Shown here one piece after another: positions 24,291-40,600 of a DNA stretch of 64,000 bases. The stretch is from contig CAXKVF010000074.1 of assembly GCA_964057225.1 (NCBI GenBank), positions 372,001-436,000 of the forward strand, written 5' to 3'. The position numbers and the translations under genes are program-made. The stretch's first letter is position 1. Each line of letters starts with the position of its first letter. The notes below the pieces were generated by a model, which was given only the letters and a program-made list of their open reading frames with translations, did not search any database and was not told the DNA's origin. Origin of the DNA: Auanema rhodensis (Eukaryota; Animalia; Nematoda).

Positions 24291-27200
24291 CAAATTTTTA
24301 TTGATATTGGTGCATGGTAACCATGACTTTGAATTTTACGTGAACTTTAATTTATGCTAATTAAATGTACACGTGATGTGCACTTGGTATGTAACTCGCT
24401 TCACGTGAAAGATAAAGAGATGCGGTTTTCAAAATTAGATTCCCCATGTCCATATTAGTCTAAAAACAAATTTGTATTGATATTGGTTCATGGTAACCAT
24501 GACTTTGAAATTTACGTGAACTTTAATTTATGCTAATTAAATGTACACGTGATGTGCACTTGGTATGTAACTCGCTTCACGTGAAAGATAAAGAGATGCG
24601 GTTTTCAAAATTAGATTCCCCATGTCCATATTAGTCTAAAAACAAATTTTTATTGATATTGGTGCATGGTAACCATGACTTTGAAATTTACGTGAACTTT
24701 AATTTATGCTAATTAAATGTACACGTGATGTGCACTTGGTATGTAACTCGCTTCACGTGAAAGATGAAGAGATGCGGTTTTCAGAATTAGATTCCTCATG
24801 TCCATATTAGTCTAAAAACAAATTTTTATTGATATTGGTGCATGGTAACCATGACTTTGAAATTTACGTGAACTTTAATTTATGCTAATTAAATGTACAC
24901 GTGATGTGCACTTGGTATGTAACTCGCTTCACGTGAAAGATAAAGAGATGCGGTTTTCAAAATTAGATTCCCCATGTCCATATTAGTCTAAAAACAAATT
25001 TTTATTGATATTGGTGCATGGTAACCATGACTTTGAAATTTACGTGAACTTTAATTTATGCTAATTAAATGTACACGTGATGTGCACTTGGTATGTAACT
25101 CGCTTCACGTGAAAGATAAAGAGATGCGGTTTTCAAAATTAGATTGCCCATGTCCATATTAGTCTAAAAACAAATTGTTATTGATATTGGTTCATGGTAA
25201 CCATGACTTTGAATTTTACGTGAACTTTAATTTATGCTAATTAAATGTACACGTGATGTGCACTTGGTATGTAACTCGCTTCACGTGAAAGATAAAGAGA
25301 TGCGGTTTTCAAAATTAGATTCCCCATGTCCATATTAGTCTAAAAACAAATTTTTATTGATATTGGTTCATGGTAACCATGACTTTGAAATTTACGTGAA
25401 CTTTAATTTATGCTAATTAAATGTACACGTGATGTGCACTTGGTATGTAACTCGCTTCACGTGAAAGTTAAAGAGATGCGGTTTTTAAAATTAGATTGCC
25501 CATGTCCATATTAGTCTAAAAACAAATTTTAATTGATATTGGTTCATGGTAACCATGACTTTGAAATTTACGTGAACTTTAATTTATGCTAATTAAATGT
25601 ACACGTGATGTGCACTTGGTTTGTAACTCGCTTCACGTGAAAGATAAAGAGATGCGGTTTTCAAAATTAGATTCCCCATGTCCATATTAGTCTAAAAACA
25701 AATTTTTATTGATATTGGTGCATGGTAACCATGACTTTGAAATTTACGTGAACTTTAATTTATGCTAATTAAATGTACACGTGATGTGCACTTGGTATGT
25801 AACTCGCTTCACGTGAAAGATAAAGAGATGCGGTTTTCAAAATTAGATTGCCCATGTCCATATTAGTCTAAAAACAAATTGTTATTGATATTGGTTCATG
25901 GTAACCATGACTTTGAATTTTACGTGAACTTTAATTTATGCTAATTAAATGTACACGTGATGTGCACTTGGTATGTAACTCGCTTCACGTGAAAGATAAA
26001 GAGATGCGGTTTTCAAAATTAGATTCCCCATGTCCATATTAGTCTAAAAACAAATTTTTATTGATATTGGATCATGGTAACCATGACTTTGAAATTTACG
26101 TGAACTTTAATTTATGCTAATTAAATGTACACGTGATGTGCACTTGGTATGTAACTCGCTTCACGTGAAAGATAAAGAGATGCGGTTTTCAAAATTAGAT
26201 TCCCCATGTCCATATTAGTCTAAAAACAAATTTTTATTGATATTGATTCATGGTAACCATGACTTTGAAATTTACGTGAACTTTAATTTATGCTAATTAA
26301 ATGTACACGTGATGTGCACTTGGTATGTAACTCGCTTCACGTGAAAGATAAAGAGATGCGGTTTTCAAAATTAGATTCCCCATGTCCATATTAGTCTAAA
26401 AACAAATTTTTATTGATATTGGTGCATGGTAACCATGACTTTGAATTTTACGTGAACTTTAATTTATGCTAATTAAATGTACACGTGATGTGCACTTGGT
26501 ATGTAACTCGCTTCACGTGAAAGTTAAAGAGATGCGGTTTTCAAAATTAGATTACCCATGTCCATATTAGTCTAAAAACAAATTTTTATTGATATTGGTT
26601 CATGGTAACCATGACTTTGAAATTTACGTGAACTTTAATTTATGCTAATTAAATGTACACGTGATGTGCACTTGGTATGTAACTCGCTTCACGTGAAAGA
26701 TAAAGAGATGCGGTTTTCAAAATTAGATCCCCCATGTCCATATTAGTCTAAATACTAATTTTTATTGATATTGGTGCATGGTAACCATGACTTTGAAATT
26801 TACGTGAACTTTAATTTATGCTAATTAAATGTACACGTGATGTGCACTTGGTATGTAACTCGCTTCACGTGAAAGATAAAGAGATGCGGTTTTCAAAATT
26901 AGATTCCCCATGTCCATATTAGTCTAAAAACAAATTTTTATTGATATTGGTGCATGGTAACCATGACTTTGAAATTTACGTGAACTTTAATTTATGCTAA
27001 TTAAATGTACACGTGATGTGCACTTGGTATGTAACTCGCTTCACGTGAAAGATAAAGAGATGCGGTTTTCAAAATTAGATTCCCCATGTCCATATTAGTC
27101 TAAAAACAAATTTTTATTGATATTGGTGCATGGTAACCATGACTTTGAAATTTACGTGAACTTTAATTTATGCTAATTAAATGTACACGTGATGTGCACT

Positions 27201-30200
27201 TGGTATGTAACTCGCTTCACGTGAAAGATAAAGAGATGCGGTTTTCAAAATTAGATTGCCCATGTCCATATTAGTCTAAAAACAAATTTTAATTGATATT
27301 GGTTCATGGTAACCATGACTTTGAATTTTACGTGAACTTTAATTTATGCTAATTAAATGTACACGTGATGTGCACTTGGTATGTAACTCGCTTCACGTGA
27401 AAGATAAAGAGATGCGGTTTTCAAAATTAGATTCTCCATGTCCATATTAGTCTAAAAACAAATTTTTATTGATATTGGTGCATGGTAACCATGACTTTGA
27501 AATTTACGTGAACTTTAATTTATGCTAATTAAATGTACACGTGATGTGCACTTGGTATGTAACTCGCTTCACGTGAAAGATGAAGAGATGCGGTTTTCAA
27601 AACTAGATTCCCCATGTCCATATTAGTCTAAAAACAAATTTTTATTGATATTGGTGCATGGTAACCATGACTTTGAAATTTACGTGAACTTTAATTTATG
27701 CTAATTAAATGTACACGTGATGTGCACTTGGTATGTAACTCGCTTCACGTGAAAGATAAAGAGATGCGGTTTTCAAAATTAGATTCCCCATGTCCATATT
27801 AGTCTAAAAACAAATTTTTATTGATATTGGTGCATGGTAACCATGACTTTGAAATTTACTTGAACTTTAATTTATGCTAATTAAATGTACACGTGATGTG
27901 CACTTGGTATGTAACTTGCTTCACGTGAATGATAAAGAGATGCGGTTTTCAAATTTAGATTCCCCATGTCCATATTAGTCTAAAAACAAATTTTTATTGA
28001 TATTGCTTCATGGTAACCATGACTTTGAAATTTACGTGAACTTTAATTTATGCTAATTAAATGTACACGTGATGTGCACTTGGTATGTAACTCGCTTCAC
28101 GTGAAAGATAAAGAGATGCGGTTTTCAAAATTAGATTCCCCATGTCCATATTAGTCTAAAAACAAATTTTTATTGATATTGCTTCATGGTAACCATGACT
28201 TTGAAATTTACGTGAACTTTAATTTATGCTAATTAAATGTACACGTGATGTGCACTTGGTATGTAACTCGCTTCACGTGAAAGATAAAGAGATGCGGTTT
28301 TCAAAATTAGATTCCCCATGTCCATATTAGTCTAAAAACAAATTTTTATTGATATTGGTGCATGGTAACCATGACTTTGAATTTTACGTGAACTTTAATT
28401 TATGCTAATTAAATGTACACGTGATGTGCACTTGGTATGTAACTCGCTTCACGTGAAAGATAAAGAGATGCGGTTTTCAAAATTAGATTCCCCATGTCCA
28501 TATTAGTCTAAAAACAAATTTGTATTGATATTGGTTCATGGTAACCATGACTTTGAAATTTACGTGAACTTTAATTTATGCTAATTAAATGTACACGTGA
28601 TGTGCACTTGGTATGTAACTCGCTTCACGTGAAAGATAAAGAGATGCGGTTTTCAAAATTAGATTCCCCATGTCCATATTAGTCTAAAAACAAATTTTTA
28701 TTGATATTGGTGCATGGTAACCATGACTTTGAAATTTACGTGAACTTTAATTTATGCTAATTAAATGTACACGTGATGTGCACTTGGTATGTAACTCGCT
28801 TCACGTGAAAGATAAAGAGATGCGGTTTTCAAAATTAGATTGCCCATGTCCATATTAGTCTAAAAACAAATTGTTATTGATATTGGTTCATGGTAACCAT
28901 GACTTTGAATTTTACGTGAACTTTAATTTATGCTAATTAAATGTACACGTGATGTGCACTTGGTATGTAACTCGCTTCACGTGAAAGATAAAGAGATGCG
29001 GTTTTCAAAATTAGATTCCCCATGTCCATATTAGTCTAAAAACAAATTTTTATTGATATTGGTTCATGGTAACCATGACTTTGAAATTTACGTGAACTTT
29101 AATTTATGCTAATTAAATGTACACGTGATGTGCACTTGGTATGTAACTCGCTTCACGTGAAAGTTAAAGAGATGCGGTTTTCAAAATTAGATTGCCCATG
29201 TCCATATTAGTCTAAAAACAAATTTTAATTGATATTGGTTCATGGTAACCATGACTTTGAAATTTACGTGAACTTTAATTTATGCTAATTAAATGTACAC
29301 GTGATGTGCACTTGGTTTGTAACTCGCTTCACGTGAAAGATAAAGAGATGCGGTTTTCAAAATTAGATTCCCCATGTCCATATTAGTCTAAAAACAAATT
29401 TTTATTGATATTGGTGCATGGTAACCATGACTTTGAAATTTACGTGAACTTTAATTTATGCTAATTAAATGTACACGTGATGTGCACTTGGTATGTAACT
29501 CGCTTCACGTGAAAGATAAAGAGATGCGGTTTTCAAAATTAGATTGCCCATGTCCATATTAGTCTAAAAACAAATTGTTATTGATATTGGTTCATGGTAA
29601 CCATGACTTTGAATTTTACGTGAACTTTAATTTATGCTAATTAAATGTACACGTGATGTGCACTTGGTATGTAACTCGCTTCACGTGAAAGATAAAGAGA
29701 TGCGGTTTTCAAAATTAGATTCCCCATGTCCATATTAGTCTAAAAACAAATTTTTATTGATATTGGATCATGGTAACCATGACTTTGAAATTTACGTGAA
29801 CTTTAATTTATGCTAATTAAATGTACACGTGATGTGCACTTGGTATGTAACTCGCTTCACGTGAAAGATAAAGAGATGCGGTTTTCAAAATTAGATTCCC
29901 CATGTCCATATTAGTCTAAAAACAAATTTTTATTGATATTGGTTCATGGTAACCATGACTTTGAAATTTACGTGAACTTTAATTTATGCTAATTAAATGT
30001 ACACGTGATGTGCACTTGGTATGTAACTCGCTTCACGTGAAAGATAAAGAGATGCGGTTTTCAAAATTAGATTCCCCATGTCCATATTAGTCTAAAAACA
30101 AATTTTTATTGATATTGGTGCATGGTAACCATGACTTTGAATTTTACGTGAACTTTAATTTATGCTAATTAAATGTACACGTGATGTGCACTTGGTATGT

Positions 30201-33200
30201 AACTCGCTTCACGTGAAAGTTAAAGAGATGCGGTTTTCAAAATTAGATTACCCATGTCCATATTAGTCTAAAAACAAATTTTTATTGATATTGGTGCATG
30301 GTAACCATGACTTTGAAATTTACGTGAACTTTAATTTATGCTAATTAAATGTACACGTGATGTGCACTTGGTATGTAACTCGCTTCACGTGAAAGATAAA
30401 GAGATGCGGTTTTCAAAATTAGATTGCCCATGTCCATATTAGTCTAAAAACAAATTGTTATTGATATTGGTTCATGGTAACCATGACTTTGAATTTTACG
30501 TGAACTTTAATTTATGCTAATTAAATGTACACGTGATGTGCACTTGGTATGTAACTCGCTTCACGTGAAAGATAAAGAGATGCGGTTTTCAAAATTAGAT
30601 TCCCCATGTCCATATTAGTCTAAAAACAAATTTTTATTGATATTGGATCATGGTAACCATGACTTTGAAATTTACGTGAACTTTAATTTATGCTAATTAA
30701 ATGTACACGTGATGTGCACTTGGTATGTAACTCGCTTCACGTGAAAGATAAAGAGATGCGGTTTTCAAAATTAGATTCCCCATGTCCATATTAGTCTAAA
30801 AACAAATTTTTATTGATATTGGTTCATGGTAACCATGACTTTGAAATTTACGTGAACTTTAATTTATGCTAATTAAATGTACACGTGATGTGCACTTGGT
30901 ATGTAACTCGCTTCACGTGAAAGATAAAGAGATGCGGTTTTCAAAATTAGATTCCCCATGTCCATATTAGTCTAAAAACAAATTTTTATTGATATTGGTG
31001 CATGGTAACCATGACTTTGAATTTTACGTGAACTTTAATTTATGCTAATTAAATGTACACGTGATGTGCACTTGGTATGTAACTCGCTTCACGTGAAAGT
31101 TAAAGAGATGCGGTTTTCAAAATTAGATTACCCATGTCCATATTAGTCTAAAAACAAATTTTTATTGATATTGGTTCTTGGTAACCATGACTTTGAAATT
31201 TACGTGAACTTTAATTTATGCTAATTAAATGTACACGTGATGTGCACTTGGTATGTAACTCGCTTCACGTGAAAGATAAAGAGATGCGGTTTTCAAAATT
31301 AGATCCCCCATGTCCATATTAGTCTAAATACTAATTTTTATTGATATTGGTGCATGGTAACCATGACTTTGAAATTTACGTGAACTTTAATTTATGCTAA
31401 TTAAATGTACACGTGATGTGCACTTGGTATGTAACTCGCTTCACGTGAAAGATAAAGAGATGCGGTTTTCAAAATTAGATTCCCCATGTCCATATTAGTC
31501 TAAAAACAAATTTTTATTGATATTGGTGCATGGTAACCATGACTTTGAAATTTACGTGAACTTTAATTTATGCTAATTAAATGTACACGTGATGTGCACT
31601 TGGTATGTAACTCGCTTCACGTGAAAGATAAAGAGATGCGGTTTTCAAAATTAGATTCCCCATGTCCATATTAGTCTAAAAACAAATTTTTATTGATATT
31701 GGTGCATGGTAACCATGACTTTGAAATTTACGTGAACTTTAATTTATGCTAATTAAATGTACACGTGATGTGCACTTGGTATGTAACTCGCTTCACGTGA
31801 AAGATAAAGAGATGCGGTTTTCAAAATTAGATTGCCCATGTCCATATTAGTCTAAAAACAAATTTTAATTGATATTGGTTCATGGTAACCATGACTTTGA
31901 ATTTTACGTGAACTTTAATTTATGCTAATTAAATGTACACGTGATGTGCACTTGGTATGTAACTCGCTTCACGTGAAAGATAAAGAGATGCGGTTTTCAA
32001 AATTAGATTCTCCATGTCCATATTAGTCTAAAAACAAATTTTTATTGATATTGGTGCATGGTAACCATGACTTTGAAATTTACGTGAACTTTAATTTATG
32101 CTAATTAAATGTACACGTGATGTGCACTTGGTATGTAACTCGCTTCACGTGAAAGATGAAGAGATGCGGTTTTCAAAACTAGATTCCCCATGTCCATATT
32201 AGTCTAAAAACAAATTTTTATTGATATTGGTGCATGGTAACCATGACTTTGAAATTTACGTGAACTTTAATTTATGCTAATTAAATGTACACGTGATGTG
32301 CACTTGGTATGTAACTCGCTTCACGTGAAAGATAAAGAGATGCGGTTTTCAAAATTAGATTCCCCATGTCCATATTAGTCTAAAAACAAATTTTTATTGA
32401 TATTGGTGCATGGTAACCATGACTTTGAAATTTACTTGAACTTTAATTTATGCTAATTAAATGTACACGTGATGTGCACTTGGTATGTAACTCGCTTCAC
32501 GTGAAAGATAAAGAGATGCGGTTTTCAAAATTAGATTCCCCATGTCCATATTAGTCTAAAAACAAATTTTTATTGATATTGGTGCATGGTAACCATGACT
32601 TTGAAATTTACGTGAACTTTAATTTATGCTAATTAAATGTACACGTGATGTGCACTTGGTATGTAACTCGCTTCACGTGAAAGATAAAGAGATGCGGTTT
32701 TCAAAATTAGATTGCCCATGTCCATATTAGTCTAAAAACAAATTTTTATTGATATTGGTGCATGGTAACCATGACTTTGAAATTTACGTGAACTTTAATT
32801 TATGCTAATTAAATGTACACGTGATGTGCACTTGGTATGTAACTCGCTTCACGTGAAAGATAAAGAGATGCGGTTTTCAAAATTAGATTCCCCATGTCCA
32901 TATTAGTCTAAAAACAAATTTTTATTGATATTGGTGCATGGTAACCATGACTTTGAAATTTACGTGAACTTTAATTTATGCTAATTAAATGTACACGTGA
33001 TGTGCACTTGGTATGTAACTCGCTTCACGTGAAAGATAAAGAGATGCGGTTTTCAAAATTAGATTGCCCATGTCCATATTAGTCTAAAAACAAATTGTTA
33101 TTGATATTGGTTCATGGTAACCATGACTTTGAATTTTACGTGAACTTTAATTTATGCTAATTAAATGTACACGTGATGTGCACTTGGTATGTAACTCGCT

Positions 33201-36200
33201 TCACGTGAAAGATAAAGAGATGCGGTTTTCAAAATTAGATTCCCCATGTCCATATTAGTCTAAAAACAAATTTTTATTGATATTGGTTCATGGTAACCAT
33301 GACTTTGAAATTTACGTGAACTTTAATTTATGCTAATTAAATGTACACGTGATGTGCACTTGGTATGTAACTCGCTTCACGTGAAAGTTAAAGAGATGCG
33401 GTTTTCAAAATTAGATTGCCCATGTCCATATTAGTCTAAAAACAAATTTTAATTGATATTGGTTCATGGTAACCATGACTTTGAAATTTACGTGAACTTT
33501 AATTTATGCTAATTAAATGTACACGTGATGTGCACTTGGTTTGTAACTCGCTTCACGTGAAAGATAAAGAGATGCGGTTTTCAAAATTAGATTCCCCATG
33601 TCCATATTAGTCTAAAAACAAATTTTTATTGATATTGGTGCATGGTAACCATGACTTTGAAATTTACGTGAACTTTAATTTATGCTAATTAAATGTACAC
33701 GTGATGTGCACTTGGTATGTAACTCGCTTCACGTGAAAGATAAAGAGATGCGGTTTTCAAAATTAGATTGCCCATGTCCATATTAGTCTAAAAACAAATT
33801 GTTATTGATATTGGTTCATGGTAACCATGACTTTGAATTTTACGTGAACTTTAATTTATGCTAATTAAATGTACACGTGATGTGCACTTGGTATGTAACT
33901 CGCTTCACGTGAAAGATAAAGAGATGCGGTTTTCAAAATTAGATTCCCCATGTCCATATTAGTCTAAAAACAAATTGTTATTGATATTGGTTCATGGTAA
34001 CCATGACTTTGAAATTTACGTGAACTTTAATTTATGCTAATTAAATGTACACGTGATGTGCACTTGGTATGTAACTCGCTTCACGTGAAAGATAAAGAGA
34101 TGCGGTTTCCAAAATTAGATTCCCCATGTCCATATTAGTCTAAAAACAAATTTTTATTGATATTGGTGCATGGTAACCATGACTTTGAAATTTACGTGAA
34201 CTTTAATTTATGCTAATTAAATGTACACGTGATGTGCACTTGGTATGTAACTCGCTTCACGTGAAAGATAAAGAGATGCGGTTTTCAAAATTAGATTGCC
34301 CATGTCCATATTAGTCTAAAAACAAATTTTTATTGATATTGGTGCATGGTAACCATGACTTTGAAATTTACGTGAACTTTAATTTATGCTAATTAAATGT
34401 ACACGTGATGTGCACTTGGTATGTAACTCGCTTCACGTGAAAGATAAAGAGATGCGGTTTTCAAAATTAGATTCCCCATGTCCATATTAGTCTAAAAACA
34501 AATTTTTATTGATATTGGTGCATGGTAACCATGACTTTGAAATTTACGTGAACTTTAATTTATGCTAATTAAATGTACACGTGATGTGCACTTGGTATGT
34601 AACTCGCTTCACGTGAAAGATAAAGAGATGCGGTTTTCAAAATTAGATTGCCCATGTCCATATTAGTCTAAAAACAAATTGTTATTGATATTGGTTCATG
34701 GTAACCATGACTTTGAATTTTACGTGAACTTTAATTTATGCTAATTAAATGTACACGTGATGTGCACTTGGTATGTAACTCGCTTCACGTGAAAGATAAA
34801 GAGATGCGGTTTTCAAAATTAGATTCCCCATGTCCATATTAGTCTAAAAACAAATTTTTATTGATATTGGTTCATGGTAACCATGACTTTGAAATTTACG
34901 TGAACTTTAATTTATGCTAATTAAATGTACACGTGATGTGCACTTGGTATGTAACTCGCTTCACGTGAAAGTTAAAGAGATGCGGTTTTCAAAATTAGAT
35001 TGCCCATGTCCATATTAGTCTAAAAACAAATTTTAATTGATATTGGTTCATGGTAACCATGACTTTGATATTTACGTGAACTTTAATTTATGCTAATTAA
35101 ATGTACACGTGATGTGCACTTGGTTTGTAACTCGCTTCACGTGAAAGATAAAGAGATGCGGTTTTCAAAATTAGATTCCCCATGTCCATATTAGTCTAAA
35201 AACAAATTTTTATTGATATTGGTGCATGGTAACCATGACTTTGAAATTTACGTGAACTTTAATTTATGCTAATTAAATGTACACGTGATGTGCACTTGGT
35301 ATGTAACTCGCTTCACGTGAAAGATAAAGAGATGCGGTTTTCAAAATTAGATTGCCCATGTCCATATTAGTCTAAAAACAAATTGTTATTGATATTGGTT
35401 CATGGTAACCATGACTTTGAATTTTACGTGAACTTTAATTTATGCTAATTAAATGTACACGTGATGTGCACTTGGTATGTAACTCGCTTCACGTGAAAGA
35501 TAAAGAGATGCGGTTTTCAAAATTAGATTCCCCATGTCCATATTAGTCTAAAAACAAATTTTTATTGATATTGGTTCATGGTAACCATGACTTTGAAATT
35601 TACGTGAACTTTAATTTATGCTAATTAAATGTACACGTGATGTGCACTTGGTATGTAACTCGCTTCACGTGAAAGATAAAGAGATGCGGTTTTCAAAATT
35701 AGATTCCCCATGTCCATATTAGTCTAAAAACAAATTTTTATTGATATTGGTTCATGGTAACCATGACTTTGAAATTTACGTGAACTTTAATTTATGCTAA
35801 TTAAATGTACACGTGATGTGCACTTGGTATGTAACTCGCTTCACGTGAAAGATAAAGAGATGCGGTTTTCAAAATTAGATTCCCCATGTCCATATTAGTC
35901 TAAAAACAAATTTTTATTGATATTGGTGCATGGTAACCATGACTTTGAATTTTACGTGAACTTTAATTTATGCTAATTAAATGTACACGTGATGTGCACT
36001 TGGTATGTAACTCGCTTCACGTGAAAGTTAAAGAGATGCGGTTTTCAAAATTAGATTACCCATGTCCATATTAGTCTAAAAACAAATTTTTATTGATATT
36101 GGTTCATGGTAACCATGACTTTGAAATTTACGTGAACTTTAATTTATGCTAATTAAATGTACACGTGATGTGCACTTGGTATGTAACTCGCTTCACGTGA

Positions 36201-37666
36201 AAGATAAAGAGATGCGGTTTTCAAAATTAGATCCCCCATGTCCATATTAGTCTAAATACTAATTTTTATTGATATTGGTGCATGGTAACCATGACTTTGA
36301 AATTTACGTGAACTTTAATTTATGCTAATTAAATGTACACGTGATGTGCACTTGGTATGTAACTCGCTTCACGTGAAAGATAAAGAGATGCGGTTTTCAA
36401 AATTAGATTCCCCATGTCCATATTAGTCTAAAAACAAATTTTTATTGATATTGGTGCATGGTAACCATGACTTTGAAATTTACGTGAACTTTAATTTATG
36501 CTAATTAAATGTACACGTGATGTGCACTTGGTATGTAACTCGCTTCACGTGAAAGATAAAGAGATGCGGTTTTCAAAATTAGATTCCCCATGTCCATATT
36601 AGTCTAAAAACAAATTTTTATTGATATTGGTGCATGGTAACCATGACTTTGAAATTTACGTGAACTTTAATTTATGCTAATTAAATGTACACGTGATGTG
36701 CACTTGGTATGTAACTCGCTTCACGTGAAAGATAAAGAGATGCGGTTTTCAAAATTAGATTCCCCATGTCCATATTAGTCTAAAAACAAATTTTTATTGA
36801 TATTGGTGCATGGTAACCATGACTTTGAAATTTACGTGAACTTTAATTTATGCTAATTAAATGTACACGTGATGAGCACTTGGTATGTAACTCGCTTCAC
36901 GTGAAAGATAAAGAGATGCGGTTTTCAAAATTAGATTCCCCATGTCCATATTAGTCTAAAAACAAATTTTTATTGATATTGGTGCATGGTAACCATGACT
37001 TTGAAATTTACGTGAACTTTAATTTATGCTAATTAAATGTACACGTGATGTGCACTTGGTATGTAACTCGCTTCACGTGAAAGATAAAGAGATGCGGTTT
37101 TCAAAATTAGATTGCCCATGTCCATATTAGTCTAAAAACAAATTTTAATTGATATTGGTTCATGGTAACCATGACTTTGAATTTTACGTGAACTTTAATT
37201 TATGCTAATTAAATGTACACGTGATGTGCACTTGGTATGTAACTCGCTTCACGTGAAAGATAAAGAGATGCGGTTTTCAAAATTAGATTCTCCATGTCCA
37301 TATTAGTCTAAAAACAAATTTTTATTGATATTGGTGCATGGTAACCATGACTTTGAAATTTACGTGAACTTTAATTTATGCTAATTAAATGTACACGTGA
37401 TGTGCACTTGGTATGTAACTCGCTTCACGTGAAAGATGAAGAGATGCGGTTTTCAAAATTAGATTCCCCATGTCCATATTAGTCTAAAAACAAATTTTTA
37501 TTGATATTGGTGCATGGTAACCATGACTTTGAAATTTACGTGAACTTTAATTTATGCTAATTAAATGTACACGTGATGTGCACTTGGTATGTAACTCGCT
37601 TCACGTGAAAGATAAAGAGATGCGGTTTTCAAAATTAGATTCCCCATGTCCATATTAGTCTAAAAA
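24291..37666. repeat. Nested multi-kb segmental duplications within the array (offsets of 21, 5 and 9 monomers); boundaries approximate
   Basis: A99T at 25621/29317/33541/35125; T21A at 26071/29767/30647; C153T at 27435/32011/37291; T145C at 27603/32179; G50T at 27860/32436. Confidence 0.8.
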
Positions 37667-40600
37667 CAAATTTTTATTGATATTGGTGCATGGTAACCAT
37701 GACTTTGAAATTTACGTGAACTTTAATTTATGCTAATTAAATGTACACGTGATGTGCACTTGGTATGTAACTCGCTTCACGTGAAAGATAAAGAGATGCG
37801 GTTTTCAAAATTAGATTGCCCATGTCCATATTAGTCTGAAAACAAATTTTAATTGATATTGGTTCATGGTAACCATGATTTTGAAATTTACGTGAACTTT
37901 AATTTATGCTAATTAAATGTACACGTGATGTGCACTTGGTATGTAACTCGCTTCACGTGAAAGATAAAGAGATGCGGTTTTCAAAATTAGATTCCCCATG
38001 TCCATATTAGTCTAAAAACAAATTTTTATTGATATTGGTGCATGGTAACCATGACTTTGAAATTTACGTGAACTTTAATTTATGCTAATTAAATGTACAC
38101 GTGATGTGCACTTGGTATGTAACTCGCTTCACGTGAAAGATAAAGAGATGCGGTTTTCAAAATTAGATTGCCCATGTCCATATTAGTCTAAAAACAAACT
38201 TTAATTAATATTGGTTCATGGTAACCATGACTTTGAAATTTACGTGAACTTTAATTTATGCTAATTAAATGTACACGTGATGTGCACTTGGTATGTAACT
38301 CGCTTCACGTGAAAGATGAAGAGATGCGGTTTTCAAAATTAGATTCCCCATGTCCATATTAGTCTAAAAACAAATTTTTATTGATATTGGTGCATGGTAA
38401 CCATGACTTTGAAATTTACGTGAACTTTAATTTATGCTAATTAAATGTACGCGTGATGTGCACTCGGTATGTAACTCGCTTCACGTGAAAGATAAAGAGA
38501 TGCGGTTTTCAAAATTAGATTCCTCATGTCCATATTAGTCTAAAAACAAATTTTTATTGATATTGGTGCATGGTAACCATGACTTTGAAATTTACGTGAA
38601 CTTTAATTTATGCTAATTAAATGTACACGTGATGTGCACTTGGTATGTAACTCGCTTCACGTGAAAGATAAAGAGATGCGGTTTTCAAAATTAGATTCCC
38701 CATGTCCATATTAGTCTAAAAACAAATTTTTATTGATATTGGTTCATGGTAACCATGACTTTGAAATTTACGTGAACTTTAATTTATGCTAATTAAATGT
38801 ACACGTGATGTGCACTTGGTATGTAACTCGCTTCACGTGAAAGATAAAGAGATGCGGTTTTCAAAATTAGATTCCCCATGTCCATATTAGTCTAAAAACA
38901 AATTTTTATTGATATTGGTGCATGGTAACCATGACTTTGAAATTTACGTGAACTTTAATTTATGCTAATTAAATGTACACGTGATGTGCTCTTGGTATGT
39001 AACTCGCTTCACGTGAAAGATAAAGAGATGCGGTTTTCAAAATTAGATTCCCCATGTCCATATTAGTCTAAAAACAAATTTTTATTGATATTGGTGCATG
39101 GTAACCATGACTTTGAAATTTACGTGAACTTTAATTTATGCTAATTAAATGTACACGTGATGTGCACTTGGTATGTAACTCGCTTCACGTGAAAGATAAA
39201 GAGATGCGGTTTTCAAAATTAGATTCCCCATGTCCATATTAGTCTAAAAACAAATTTTTATTGATATTGGTGCATGGTAACCATGACTTTGAAATTTACG
39301 TGAACTTTAATTTATGCTAATTAAATGTACACGTGATGTGCTCTTGGTATGTAACTCGCTTCACGTGAAAGATAAAGAGATGCGGTTTTCAAAATTAGAT
39401 TCCCCATGTCCATATTAGTCTAAAAACAAATTTTTATTGATATTGGTGCATGGTAACCATGACTTTGAAATTTACGTGAACTTTAATTTATGCTAATTAA
39501 ATGTACACGTGATGTGCACTTGGTATGTAACTCGCTTCACGTGAAAGATAAAGAGATGCGGTTTTCAAAATTAGATTCCCCATGTCCATATTAGTCTAAA
39601 AACAAATTTTTATTGATATTGGTTCATGGTAACCATGACTTTGAAATTTACGTGAACTTTAATTTATGCTAATTAAATGTACACGTGATGTGCACTTGGT
39701 ATGTAACTCGCTTCACGTGAAAGTTAAAGAGATGCGGTTTTCAAAATTAGATTACCCATGTCCATATTAGTCTAAAAACAAATTTTTATTGATATTGGTT
39801 CATGGTAACCATGACTTTGAAATTTACGTGAACTTTAATTTATGCTAATTAAATGTACACGTGATGTGCACTTGGTATGTAACTCGCTTCACGTGAAAGA
39901 TAAAGAGATGCGGTTTTCAAAATTAGATCCCCCATGTCCATATTAGTCTAAATACTAATTTTTATTGATATTGGTGCATGGTAACCATGACTTTGAAATT
40001 TACGTGAACTTTAATTTATGCTAATTAAATGTACACGTGATGTGCACTTGGTATGTAACTCGCTTCACGTGAAAGATAAAGAGATGCGGTTTTCAAAATT
40101 AGATTCCCCATGTCCATATTAGTCTAAAAACAAATTTTTATTGATATTGGTGCATGGTAACCATGACTTTGAAATTTACGTGAACTTTAATTTATGCTAA
40201 TTAAATGTACACGTGATGTGCACTTGGTATGTAACTCGCTTCACGTGAAAGATAAAGAGATGCGGTTTTCAAAATTAGATTCCCCATGTCCATATTAGTC
40301 TAAAAACAAATTTTTATTGATATTGGTGCATGGTAACCATGACTTTGAAATTTACGTGAACTTTAATTTATGCTAATTAAATGTACACGTGATGTGCACT
40401 TGGTATGTAACTTGCTTCACGTGAAAGATAAAGAGATGCGGTTTTCAAAATTAGATTGCCCATGTCCATATTAGTCTAAAAACAAATTTTAATTGATATT
40501 GGTTCATGGTAACCATGACTTTGAAATTTACGTGAACTTTAATTTATGCTAATTAAATGTACACGTGATGTGCTCTTGGTATGTAACTCGCTTCACGTGA

